From NCBI RefSeq assembly GCF_009914755.1, contig NC_060932.1: a DNA stretch of 64,000 nucleotides, one strand, 5' to 3'. How positions within the stretch are numbered: the stretch's first letter is position 1; the number at the start of each line of letters is the position of its first letter. This DNA comes from the human T2T-CHM13v2.0 reference genome, Homo sapiens. The notes under the pieces were generated by a model. The model worked only from the letters and a program-made list of their open reading frames with translations, ran no database searches and was not told where the DNA came from. A program made the position numbers and the translations under genes. Shown here piece by piece: positions 41,036-53,919 of this stretch.

Positions 41036-41269
41036 CCACAGTTTTTTAAAGACTGTACCAAGAAATGTTTTTTAGTTATATCAGAAAATATTTATTAAAG
41101 GACTAAAGAACTGACCACTTGAAAAACCAGTCCCCATTCATATGTCATTCCACTTAATATGGGCATCTATCCTTGATAACTCTAGCTACATCTTCACCAA
41201 TATCTCACAAACTGTAATTATATATGAAAATATAATGCAAACACATGTAAATTGCTGGTGCAGTGGTAT

Positions 41270-41960
41270 TATAAACTTTTTCAGAAGATGTGGGTTCTTT
41301 ATGAAGCTGATAAAGTGATTCTGGAGAATTGGCTGATACCCAATGAAGATGGGCAAATGACTGAACAAGAGCAGAAGAATGCTGCTTGACAAGAGAAGGG
41401 TTTGAAAAACAAAGGATTAAGATAAACCATGGGGAAAATTCATGAAGCTTGGAATGTTTTGGCAGACTTGCCTCTTGTATTAGTCTATTTTTGCACTGCT
41501 ATAAAGAACTACCTGAGACTAATTTATAAAGAGAAGAGGTTTAATTGAGTCACAGTTCCACATGGTTGCAGGCCTCAGGAAATGTACAATCATGGCAGGA
41601 GGTGAAGGGGAAGCAAGGCACGTCTTACATGGTGGCAGGAGAGAGAGAGACAGCTAGTGAGGAACTGCCAAACACTTTTAAAAGATCAGATCTCATGAGA
41701 ACTCACTCACTATCATGAGAACAGTATGGGGGAGACTGCCCCCATGATCGAATCCCTTCCCACCAGGTTCCTTCCTCAACACGTGGGGTTTACAATTTGA
41801 GATGGGATTTGGGTGGGTACACAGAGCCAAACCATATCACCTCTTTTTAAGATCATTTTTTGTAAGGCAAATGGCAAGTGAAGAATATGGTCGGTAGTTA
41901 TGGGGTAATAATGCCAATAAAAGCAATCAACACTTAGTTCCTTCTTTGTTCATCCTAAGA
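41270..41960 (+). mobile_element. Ancient Tigger/pogo-like transposase C-terminal relic, split by THE1
   Basis: Decayed KGLR..GKI.EA-like segment and terminal KQSTLSSFF (41921-41947). Confidence 0.5.
41476..41839 (-). mobile_element. THE1 (THE1C/D-like) solo LTR
   Basis: tgtattagtc...cagagccaaaccatatca with a perfect 5-bp TSD cctct (41471-41475 and 41840-41844). Confidence 0.92.
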
Positions 41961-42379
41961 AGCAGATTGTCATCACAATTATAAACATAAGGTATATTTT
42001 TATCTTTGAGAAAAAGCTCCAGTCAATCTTTTTTACTCTTTTCTATAAAAATTTATCCCTGTTGTATTCTTTATTCTTCCCAGTATCAGTTATCTTCAGA
42101 ATATGCTATTATAATGATACATGTTTATCCTCACACCTAGAATGATAAGTATTTTAAAACATTTAAACACAAGCATTGGAATTAACTTCTTCCCTCAATT
42201 ACACTTAGTCAATTTCACATTCTGTTAGCACATCCAAATCATGAATTAATTTGCATAAATACTGGTTAAAAGTTTCTAGATTTTGTTGTTTATTTTCTAA
42301 GTAAACAGGTGTGCCAATTGAGGTTACCAGGTGAAGTCAAGTAACCTTCTAAAGGCCTGCAGTGCTGCACAATACCAGC

Positions 42380-42480
42380 TTTATTTTTGGCTTTGCCACT
42401 AATTAGCTGCGTGACCTTTCACAAGTTACTTTTCTTCTCTGGGCCTCAGTTTCCTCATCCACAAAGCATGGAGGTAAAAA
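42380..42480 (+). mobile_element. MIR
   Basis: ctctgggcctcagtttcctcatcc core. Confidence 0.7.
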
Positions 42481-42485
42481 TAGAT

Positions 42486-42683
42486 CAATGTTCTTAACAC
42501 TGGTTGGGCATTAAAGTCACCTGGGGGAGATCTATAATATGTATTTTATTCTAAAAACTCAGAGTGCTCCTCCCAAGATCAACTGAATCAGAATCTCAGA
42601 GGTGGGGGAGGGAGGGTTCCTAACACGTGCAGATTTCAAATTCCCCCAGGTGAGCCTAATCCAGCTAAGAGTATAAATCACTG
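42486..42683. mobile_element. MER5A-like hAT MITE
   Basis: agtcacctggggga...actgaatcagaatctc...ccccaggtga...atcactg. Confidence 0.65.
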
Positions 42684-43411
42684 AACACTGTGGTTCTTAA
42701 CATTCATTCCAAGTTTCTTATTATTTATTTCTCTTACAACTTGGTTTTAGTCCTAGGATATGTATAGATGTAAAGGAAGTGTTTAGATAACCCCATCCCA
42801 CTCTGATTAGGTTTTAAGCCTTTGTCATACATAGCTTTCTAAGAAACAAAGAAGTTTTGGAGGGGAAAGCACACCACCACTGTTTTTGCCACATTTTCTG
42901 GTGAACACAGCATTCTCACCTAACATGAATCCATGTTTCAGTGAAACAGGGTGCTGCTGTCTTCCCATAGAAATACCCCACAACTGCTGTGACCAAAATG
43001 AGGTGACAGACAGAAAAGGAGCAGATATGGCAACACTCTGGTTTGAAATACTCTTTGGACTTTTCTTGGCCACAGAAAAGGGCTCCCATGTCATCTAATT
43101 CCTCTGGGTTGTTCAAAATGGCCTGAGAAACTTCTGAACAGGGACAGCTGCCTGGCCCAGTCACGTGCAAGACTAATGCTGATTGGGAAGTGCAATCAGC
43201 TTGACTTCTGCACCAGCCAACTCCAGGCATGTCTTCCTGTTTTTATAGTAGATTACGCCAGTAATCACCCTGAAATGTAGGATTCCCTTCTTTTGTCCTT
43301 TCTGGAAAATGAGACTGTTTTGAGATTGTTTCCAGAGAAATTGAAAGAATCTGAATGATAAAGATTTCACAGCAGCTGCTTGTTATGATTAATTAACGCA
43401 GACAGTCTCAG

Positions 43412-43530
43412 TGACAAAGATGCTCTCCTTGACCAAATATTAGTCAAGATCTTCTGAGCCCCCTTACTCACTAGGCCTTGTCCTTGGGCCTTGTCTTCAG
43501 CCTCCTTAGTCCAGTTTTAACAAGAAGTCC
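43412..43530 (+). mobile_element. MER31-like LTR 5' fragment
   Basis: tgacaaaga.gctctccttgaccaaa..ttagtca. Confidence 0.55.
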
Positions 43531-43647
43531 AGACCCACAGCCCCTGGTTCTTAAGCTAAATCTCTCTGTTAATAATCAATATTTACAAATCAGCAAATAT
43601 TTATAAGCCTCCTGCTACGATATCTGTATTATGCTCAGAAATCACAT

Positions 43648-44033
43648 TGTATTAGTTTGCTAGGGCCACTATAACAAAGTACCATAGACTGGGTGGCTAC
43701 GATATAAATACCGTATGATACACAAATGACAGAAATTTATTCTTTCACTGTTCTGTAGGCTGAGTCTGAGATCTTGTTGGCAGGTTGGTTTCCTCTGAGG
43801 CCTCTCTCCTTAGCTTATAGATGGCGTTCTCCCTGTGTCTTCACATGGTTGTCTCTCTGGCTGTGTCAATCTCCTTTTCTTAAAAGGATGCTGGTCATAT
43901 TGGATTAAGCCCACCCTTATGATTTTTTTTTAGTTTAGTTACCTATGTAAAGGCCCTGTCTCCAAATAAAGTCACAGTCTGGTTAAGACTTCAACATATG
44001 ATTTGGGGTGGGGGTGCAATTCAGCCCATAACA
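43648..44033 (-). mobile_element. MLT1A-like solo LTR
   Basis: tgtattagtttgctagggc...gacttcaacatatg...aattcagcccataaca. Confidence 0.8.
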
Positions 44034-44565
44034 CAAGTGCAGCATAGAGATTTATTTGTAATTTAATGTAGGATGGAGATCTATTGCTATTTGTCTACAA
44101 TTCTTTTTTGTTGCCATAGAACTATCTGGAAGAAATTAAATACTTTTTCCCATTTTCTGGAAGCCTGAGCTCTCTTTTCCCTCAGAGGGAGAGTCCTTGT
44201 TTATTTTTACTATTTGAAAGAATAGAAGATAATATTCTGGGAGTGAGCTGGACACCCTGGAAATGATTCACCCCAGAGTTTTGTGTTTGAAAGGTTTATG
44301 CCCTAAAGGGAATTAGCTCTATTACCCAGGAAAGCAAAGGACTCAAAGGCTGGGGATTAAGGATTTAGAAAGGAAATGGTTTTGTGAAGTGGATTATTTG
44401 AGGCTGGGAAGGGCAAGTAGGAAGCAAGGACCTGGGAGAGGGAAACTCCATGGAGACATGTGCAGGTAAGAGTTTTGGCCGCGGAATTTCCTGCTCCAGA
44501 GATTAATATTCAGGATCTTAACAACCTCGGCATAGCTGAGATGCCTAATTGTTCCCCAGCACCCA

Positions 44566-44842
44566 TTCTCCTCTCCTCTCCTCTCCTCTCCTCTCTTTCT
44601 TTCTTTCTCTTTCTTTTTCTTCCTTCCTTCCTTCCTTTCTTCTTTCTTTTCTTTTCTTTTCTTTTTTTTCTTTCCTTTCCTTTCCTTTTCTTTTCTTTTC
44701 TTTTTCTTTTCTTTTCTTTTCTTTTTATTCTGAGACAGGGATTTACTATATTGGTTTTGAAGTCCTGGGCTCAAGGAATCCTCCTGCCTCAGTCTCCTGA
44801 GTAGCTGGGACTTCGAGATACTTGTGTGCCACCTCCCTGGCA
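44566..44842 (-). mobile_element. Alu monomer/truncated AluJ with expanded CT-rich tail
   Basis: About 160 bp pyrimidine tract followed by a single reverse Alu arm. Confidence 0.75.
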
Positions 44843-45310
44843 CATTATCTTTTTCTTGCATGTAGGGACAGAACCTCTGGCAGTGTTAGCAGGGCACATG
44901 ACCACTCAGCTAGACTTTACAGTTCCCAGCCTCCTTGTGGCTAGGTGTGGTCACATAACTAAGCCTGAACCGATGGGATGTGAACAGAAGTGCTCTGAAT
45001 GGTTTCTGGGTCATCCTCTTGGAGACAAAGCAGTGAGACCTGGTGTTTCTCTCTCCCCCTTTCCACGGGTCAGAACATAAACATGGATGGAGGTGAGTCA
45101 GCTTCAACCACGCCATGAGGAACAGTGCCTTAGAAGATGGCAGAGACACTGGAAGAATGGAACCTGAGTCATGGAATGACCTCTTATTGTAGAGCTGCTT
45201 CGCTAATCCTAGACTGCTCACGTCTGGACTGTTACTAGAAAAATAAGTAAACGTTTAAATTTTTAAAGCCACTGTGTTTTAGAATCTTTTTGTTATAGAA
45301 GTTTACCCAT
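44843..45310 (+). mobile_element. Old MLT1 LTR
   Basis: ttcccagcctccttgtggctaggtgtggtcacataactaag...tttaaagccactg. Confidence 0.65.
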
Positions 45311-46203
45311 ATCTTGTATTTAGCAAGTGAGAGCTTGAGTCAAACTTTCTGTTGTGAAGAAATTTAAATCAATTATATATGCAGATAAAGCTAAAACATC
45401 TTCCTACTTAAAAAAATCTGTTATAATTGATTTTATTTTAAAATCTATGAGAACCTTTAAGTAGATTATATTTCAGTGAGGGACAGCATCTTTTTTTGGA
45501 CTAGTATATGGAAATCTTTTTGGCAGCGGGAGGATAACACTTCATGTTAAAAAATTTAATACATCGTGGAAAACTTGAAAATTAAAAAAATAAGTAAAAA
45601 GAAAAATAAAATCAATTCAGAGGAGCCCATCATCAATATTTTGTATTATATTCTTCAAGCTTGATTCTATGCACATAGAATTTTATTTTTGAAATTGGAT
45701 TATCTGCATAAACAAAATTGCATATTGCTTTATTCCTTGTAGCCTCATAGCATGAGTATACTGTATTCCAAAATAATTAGAAATCCTTGGAAGGCATATT
45801 TTTTACTGGCTTCATGATTTTTTTTTTCATGGCTATTTTGTATTTTGTTTGATCATTGCTTTTACTGCACACTTAGGTTGTTCCCCACTCTCTTTGCCAT
45901 TATACATTGCAATGGCTGTCTATAATGGACAAGTGTCAAAGATATGCAACATCTTTGAGCACTAACCCTATAGTTGGATAATTTGGTAATTTCCCACTTT
46001 CTGAGCTCTACTTTTGAAGGCAGAGGCCAGAAGACTCTCATTAACAGACTCCTTCTGGCTATAGTTGCAATCCTGGGACATAGATTCAGATACACCCAGT
46101 GGCCCCTAGCCTCAGAAGAACTGGGAGATATAAGGAGCCCATCATGCACAGTGATGTGGGTTGTCTAGCAAGGGCAGCAAGGGCAGAAGTGGCAGCACAT
46201 GGA

Positions 46204-46596
<393 letters not shown>

Positions 46597-46883
46597 TGAG
46601 CAATGGCAGCCATCAAGTTTTGCTAGAGCAGTTTCTATGGCATGAGTAGGCATTGTTCCAGGCAGTGAGCCACGAAGCCCAAGATTCTGTGTTTCCAGAG
46701 TTGAGTTCTCTGAGCTTTCCACTATGATGTAATAAAATCATGTTTGGTTTAAATAGCCAGAGTGAATTTTGCTGAAGAGGATTTGGATCAACAGGAACTC
46801 TCTCATTCATTACTGATGGGAATGCAAAGTTCCCATTCTCATTCATTACTGATGGGAATACCTTGAAAGACATTTTGGCAGTT

Positions 46884-46888
<5 letters not shown>

Positions 46889-46973
<85 letters not shown>

Positions 46974-46975
46974 TT
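46889..46975. repeat. (TTTC)n tetranucleotide STR
   Basis: About 20 near-perfect units at the Alu tail. Confidence 0.95.
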
Positions 46976-46988
46976 TCTTTCTCTCTTC

Positions 46989-47268
46989 CTTTTTGAGACA
47001 GAGTCTTGCTCTCTTGCCCTGGCTGGAGTGCAGTGGCATAATCTCGGCTCACTGCAACCACTGCCTCCCAGCTTCAAGTGATTCTCCTGGCTCAGCCAGG
47101 AATTACAGGTGCCCGCCAACATGCCTGGCTAATTCTTTTATATTTTTAAATAGAGACAGGGTTTCCCCATGTTGGCCAGGCTTGTCTCGAACTCCTGACC
47201 TCAAGTGATCTGCCCACCTCAACCTCCCAAAGTGCTGGGATTACAGGTGTGAGCCACCATGCTAGCGT
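46989..47268 (-). mobile_element. AluS
   Basis: Reverse Alu, S-type. Confidence 0.9.
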
Positions 47269-47453
47269 TAAACATAGTCTTACCTTAGGATTCACTACTC
47301 ACACTATTAGGTATTTACCCAACATGTCCACACAAAAACTTGCACATGAATGTTTGTAGCAGATTCATCTAACTGTGGTAGCAACCAGTGTCTTTCAGCA
47401 GGTAAATAGCTAAACAGATTATGGTATATTCATATAATGGAATGCTATTCTGA

Positions 47454-47827
<374 letters not shown>

Positions 47828-48829
47828 CTAGTCTGAATAAGTGATATACTACATGATTCCATTTATATTATATCCTGGAAAGGCAAAACTATAGAGATGG
47901 TAAAGAGATCAGTGGTTGTCAAAGATTTAAGTGGGTAATGGGAGTTTAAATACATAAAGCACAAGGGATATTTTTAGGGCATAGTTCTCCCCCACCAGGA
48001 AGTGATGGGCAGGAAGTGAGAGGTGAGACATATGGGTGCCTTAGGCAAGACTTCGTTAGATGGCATCTGTGTGAATCTGGTCTCGGCTTGAGACAGATGA
48101 TTTGAAGTGAAGAACGAGAGATGCCTGGCATGTATAAGCATGTGTGTTTGTTTGTTTGTTTGTTTTTGAAGTAATAAACATCTTAGAGTATGTTTTGCTT
48201 TAATCCTAGGATGCCACAATTTAAGAACTGATGTTTCCTCTTTTGGTAATGCTGCCTCTCAGGTATTTACTTAGAAATAACATCAAGATGGCGATGGAGA
48301 AGCAATAGAGTGGAATTTAATGTACCATAGCATCGCATATAATTTGAGAGCTTCAGTGTACCTTAGAGAACACAGAATTTCAGTGCTGAAGGACACCATG
48401 AGCACAATCTAGTCATGGCATCTATCTGAAACATGAATTCAATTCCCTTCCCAATACTCCATCTCTTCTGTCATTAACTCTTTGCTGCCAGAGTTTTTTG
48501 GTGGCAAATAATTCCAAATAATAGTAACAGTTATATTCCCCATCTAATGTTAATGTTTAAATTATTTTCTAATGTCACTAGAAAACTGAGCAACTAAAAT
48601 ATTTAGGGTATCTTGCCAAGTAAACGTTAAACTGGACAAAATAAATTTATAATAAGGTTCCTGTTTTGCTCCCTGGATAAGAAAATCAGATATATCCTCT
48701 TCTGAGGGACTAGGAGTTTGTTCTTCAACAGATGAATTTGGGGAAACATAATTCAGCCCTAACACAAAGTAAGACTTATATTATAGCCTGATTCCATTTC
48801 TGATGTTTGACTGTTGATGCATTTCATGT

Positions 48830-49185
48830 CCCACCTCTCCCTTCTTTCCCACATCTGGGCAAGCTGATCAGAAAGCCCAGGAGCTCCCTCCTTTGGCACC
48901 AGCAGCAAGTTCAAACCACATAAGCCCCAGCCAACATGTGGGTATCTCACCTCAGGCTCAGCCTCCAACCACAATGAAAAACCAAGCCGATCTCCCTTCC
49001 CTGCTCTCTCAATCCATTGTTGTATCTGCTTGGGAGCCTGTCCTCCTCTTCCCAGAAAGCCTCACTATGGGAGTGGCAACTCTTTTAGTATACTCTTGGA
49101 GTGCCTGAGGTCTCATCAGTCTCAACATCCAAGCCGAATTTTGCAAAGGGAAATTCCATCCTATTGCTGCAGGATGACCCAAAAA
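48830..49185 (+). mobile_element. MER74-like ERVL LTR fragment
   Basis: ctgggcaagctgatcagaaagcccagg.gctccctcctttggc. Confidence 0.6.
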
Positions 49186-49322
49186 GTTTACTTCTCATAT
49201 ATGACTAAAACAATACTTATAAAGTCAACTAGGGCAATAACATTAATGTAAAACATAAAATCATTTTATTTATTTATTTTTAAATTTTTAGAGTCTTGGC
49301 CAAATATTTATTCATTTAGTTA

Positions 49323-49369
49323 TAGGTTGGTGCAAAACAAAAACCACAATTACTTATTCACTGACCTAA
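49323..49369. mobile_element. MADE1 (Hsmar1 MITE), internally deleted
   Basis: taggttggtgcaaaa...aaaaccacaattactt..tcactgacctaa = both mariner TIR ends. Confidence 0.75.
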
Positions 49370-49479
49370 TCTTTTTATCACTATGGGCTCATGGATTTTT
49401 TTAATTCTATGCATTATAATCCATTGCTCTCATTATTTATTTTGTTGCTCAAATTGTTCTAGGTTTGAGTTTGAATATT

Positions 49480-49804
<325 letters not shown>

Positions 49805-50023
49805 TAATTTTTTTCACAGATGTCAAGAATCAATCTCTTCTTGACTAAAAATAAACATCTAAATATAATAGGAATGAAGTATTAATTTCTTTACATGATA
49901 AAGAATACATATTTAAAACTAACTCAGCATTATACTTAATGGAAACTACTAGCACTATTTCTCTTTTAAATATAGGAACAAAGCCACTGTATGGCCTATC
50001 ATCACCCTCTTTAGGAAGCGTTT

Positions 50024-50669
50024 GTGCCAGTTATGAGTCAAGTTCTTTCAGCTCTAAACATACTTTTTTAGATTCTGCTCTGTGTTGGTGGGGCTGAGAG
50101 TGTAAAAAAAAACAGCTGTTTTGCCAGATGGCTCCATGGTTCTATCATTAGAAGGCGTATATGGGATTGGAAGGCAGGAATAGAGAGAAGGGAGTAGGTC
50201 CTTCCTGTTTTGCTCTTCCTGTTGGTTTGCTCAGGCATGACTTTTCCCTCCAGCAGTAGTGGTTAGTTCCACTATTCAGTTTTCTTCCTGACACATGAGG
50301 AACCCCCTCAGCACACCCATTTAGAGGTACAAACAGCAGTGAGCCTATGTCTCGCCTCAAATTTCTGAGCCCCACTCTACAAGACACCTCCCTCAAGTTC
50401 TTGAGATAGCAGCAGCTGATGATGATGCCCCTCCTTAGATGCCTGGACCCCAACTGTGTAGATTTCCTCTTCTAAGTTTCCAGTTCCAATTACCCTAATC
50501 TCTTCTCTTTATTTCCCCAGCTTCTTCCTGCAGTTGTAATCTCTACATTACTTCAGTGTTCCCTTTCTACATTCTCCACCTCTGAATGAAAACTTAACCA
50601 ATTTAGGCAAACTTTGTGTTAAATTATTTCTGGGGCTTCTGTTTTCCTGACTAGACCATGGCTGATACA
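50024..50669 (+). mobile_element. LTR41-like ERVL solo LTR inside an L1M ORF2 remnant
   Basis: tgtgccagttatgag...ctgctctgtg..ggggctg... to ttcctgactagacc..gctgataca. Confidence 0.6.
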
Positions 50670-51462
50670 GCATTAGAAATGCCAGACATAGCTACTCAAG
50701 AAGAAAAATAACAACTATAAACATAGAAAGGAAAAAAACTGTCATTTCTAACACAACTAATTTAAAGACAATATATGAGGAAATAACCAAACAGAATAAA
50801 AGTGCTTATAGAAGCTGCAGGATATGAAAAGTTTAAAAAATTGTTTTTATTCTTATATATTTGATATGCAATTAGAAAATACAATGTAAAGATGTTCAAT
50901 TCACAGCAGCACAGAGAACATAAAGGGAAACAGAAAAAAAAAAAAAAAACTCACCACAATAAACAACCACCAAAGCAGCAGCAACAACAAATTCCAATCC
51001 AAACTAAGCCTGCATATCAAAATTCTAAAACACAGATTGAAATGGCAAGAAAGTTATCCAGCAAAATTAATAATGAAAATATTTCTCATAATTTTGTCTC
51101 CTATGAACTTAATTTTATAAAACAATCCAGACAAGTCTTTTAAAATCTTTAGCATCTGCAAAGAGATAACAAGGAATAACATTAATTTTAAAATATTTTA
51201 AAAATTATTAAATTAAAGCTTCCAGAAATGATAAACAGTTTATATTTTTAAAGTGCAAATTGAAAAACTGAATTAAAAAATTAAATTAAACATACAGAAT
51301 AAACACTAGAGGGACAATGTCAAAAAGAGATTCCATGAATTGACAGGAATTACAGAGGACTTCACTTGAAATAAAGCACAGTGAGGCAAATACATAAAAA
51401 TATAAAACAATAATGAATAACTGTGGAGGATAAATTGATAAGCTCAAATATACATCTCATAT

Positions 51463-52058
51463 TGTTGTCAACTGTTGTGAGACACCTTGGTTCTTTGTTT
51501 TTCTTTTGTTTAAAAGAATTTAAATAAGAGACACACAGCAAAGGAGAGGTAGCATAGTAATTTATTGTAAAAGGAAAAAAATGTATTTCAAAAGTTAGAA
51601 AAGACAGTACACTCTGAGAGACAGCGTTTAGGGCAGGCTGCTCGCAAGGATGAGACAGCGTTGAATATTGTTGAAGAAATTCTTTTCATGGGAGTTTTAT
51701 ATGATTATTTATAAGGCGATGGGAAGAAGTGAAGCTCGTAAGCATGTTTTGGGTGGTCTTTGGGGAGCACATGCTCAGTAGATGTACGTGATTGTTTATA
51801 CATCACATGTCTCATTAGTATCGAAATCTCTACCCAGGAATGTGTTTCTTACTATTATAATGAGCAAAGGGCCAGTTTAAGGACAGGTAAAATCAATGTG
51901 TGCATGATCTCTACAGGGGAAATTTTCTACTGGATAGCTTTGTTTGGATGAACTCAATTACAATGTGAATGCTTAGGCTTATTGTGTTGACTGTACAGTC
52001 ACCATGCTTGTTGTGTCTCAAGGACATTGTCCCTTCCCTGACTACCTATTCTACTCCA
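51463..52058 (-). mobile_element. 3' LTR of the minus-strand ERV1 provirus (LTR43-like)
   Basis: Direct repeat of 58611-59210; PPT (ttagggagaaat on -) adjacent. Confidence 0.9.
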
Positions 52059-52249
52059 ATTTCTCCCTAAGAGATTTTAGGGCCCATAATTACATGGGAA
52101 GTTGAGGGGCTAGGTCATTTTTTTGGCATTGTTTTTTGTTGAGTGGAGCCTTGTTCCTGCCTAGCCTTGTCCTTAGAGTCTGTTTTTGTCTGGTTTAACG
52201 GGATGTAAGCCATGGCATTTATGGGACTGGTAGCAAGATGTGAGATAGC

Positions 52250-53900
52250 TCATTAGCAGCCAAAGGTTGAAAGTCTTGTAAAACCATCATGTGGACCTGG
52301 AATTGTTGTAAGTGAGACAGTAAGGAACTAGCTAGTATTTTAAACAAAGTTGAACCAAAAGTAAAAGTTAAAAGTATGGTGATGACTGGCATCATTACAG
52401 GGAGAAAGGCAGACAGTAGTCATGGTTTTTAAGTTTTTATGTAAGGTTTTAAAGATTTAATTTTGTCTGCCTGGGTAATGATATTTAATATTTTTTTTGA
52501 CTAAACAGAACTGATTGATGTGAAAGCAGTATTTTTAAAAAGATATAAATAGATATAAATATGTTTTTGTCTTGTTTTGTTTTGTTCTTTTTATCTGGCT
52601 GTGAGAAGATTTAAGGCTCTTTGGTTTGTAAGATTATAGCGGTCAGGGAGTCTAGCTGTTGTTGAAGTCTAGTGAGGCCCTCTGCTGTATGCCAGAAGGT
52701 CAATGTGATTTTTAAAGACAGTTAATGCTAGATTTTTAAGTCTGCTCCTCTGGTAGCTGACCCTGCTAATTTTAATAGAGAGGATAGAACTAACACTAAA
52801 GAAATAAAGGGTTTTCCTCGGAGGTGGATCTTGTGATGTTGGTACATGGGGAAAGGAGAGATGTGTCCGTCTATGCGAAAATCAGGGGGAAATGTAAGCA
52901 ATGGCGCATCATCCCTTCCACTGTGGAGGGAGTTGTCAATATGCTGAAGATTTATAACTTCTCCACATTTTTTGTGATGGTGAAATTTGCGTTGTAAAAT
53001 ATTTTGTATTAAAGTGGTGAAAGTACTGGAGGGTTTTTTTAAAAAAATATTTGTGGTCTATAAATGAAAGGTTTTGTGTATTTAACACAAAACCTGGTAG
53101 TGGTTATTAGGTCTATTAATGAATGGTTAAGTTGGATGGTGGCATTAATACATGTTTGGAATAAAGTTTTGTTTTAAGGGTCCCACTACAAGGTGTAGTG
53201 ATTTTTTGATCGGATATGTTGACAATTCTCAGAAGATATATTGAGATTGGATGGATAAAGGCTTCACATGTGAGCGTTGCCCCAGATAAGCTATAGATTC
53301 TAGTTTTGTTGACAGGGAATAGAGGCCATACCTGTTTGGGGACATGATAGAGCAGGAAATTGGTTGGACGAGTGAGTTGTTTATTTATTAGTTTAATTTT
53401 TGTAGAGGTATTGACTAAGATAGATGACCCAGTGACAACAGTTCAGCTACACTGACTCTTGAAATTTTCTTACGAAAGTGGTGGAGCTAACATGATTGTT
53501 GAAAAGGCAAAAGGGGAATAGTTCTGGATAAAAGATAAAATAAGAAATCTTTTTTTTTTCTTTTGGGACATTTGAACTATTGTTGATAGTTAAGAGGAAG
53601 AACTTAAAGAACCTATGACTTGACCCCACAGTTTTTTTTTTTTGTATTAACTATTAGGCCTGATATCCCCATTCTCTGAGGCAGTGAGTTTTTCTCTGGA
53701 GATGTGTTGGGATGCTAGGTCAGTCTTTTAAGGGCACAGGTCTGGCATATTTTTAACTTTTTGGTCATGCAAAGCCAACAAAGTTGAGTTAAGTTTAATA
53801 GACTGATGGTATGGTTATTTATTTTTCTAGTAGACAGGTCAGTGTCTCTAAAAGCCATTAGAGCATGGCAGGCAAGTGCCAAGAAAATGAAGATGTTATT
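52250..53900 (-). pseudogene. env: Decayed ERV env
   Basis: TM heptad/ISD TAEGLTRLQQQLDSLTAIILQ/..RALNLLTA at ~52600-52690, CFHINQ (CX6CC remnant), then a hydrophobic TM; many stops. Confidence 0.8.
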
Positions 53901-53919
53901 TATTTTTCAACTTGGCTCC

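Noticed and set aside
52250-53900. Possible domesticated env (syncytin-like)
   Set aside because: Multiple stops and frameshifts; no long ORF.
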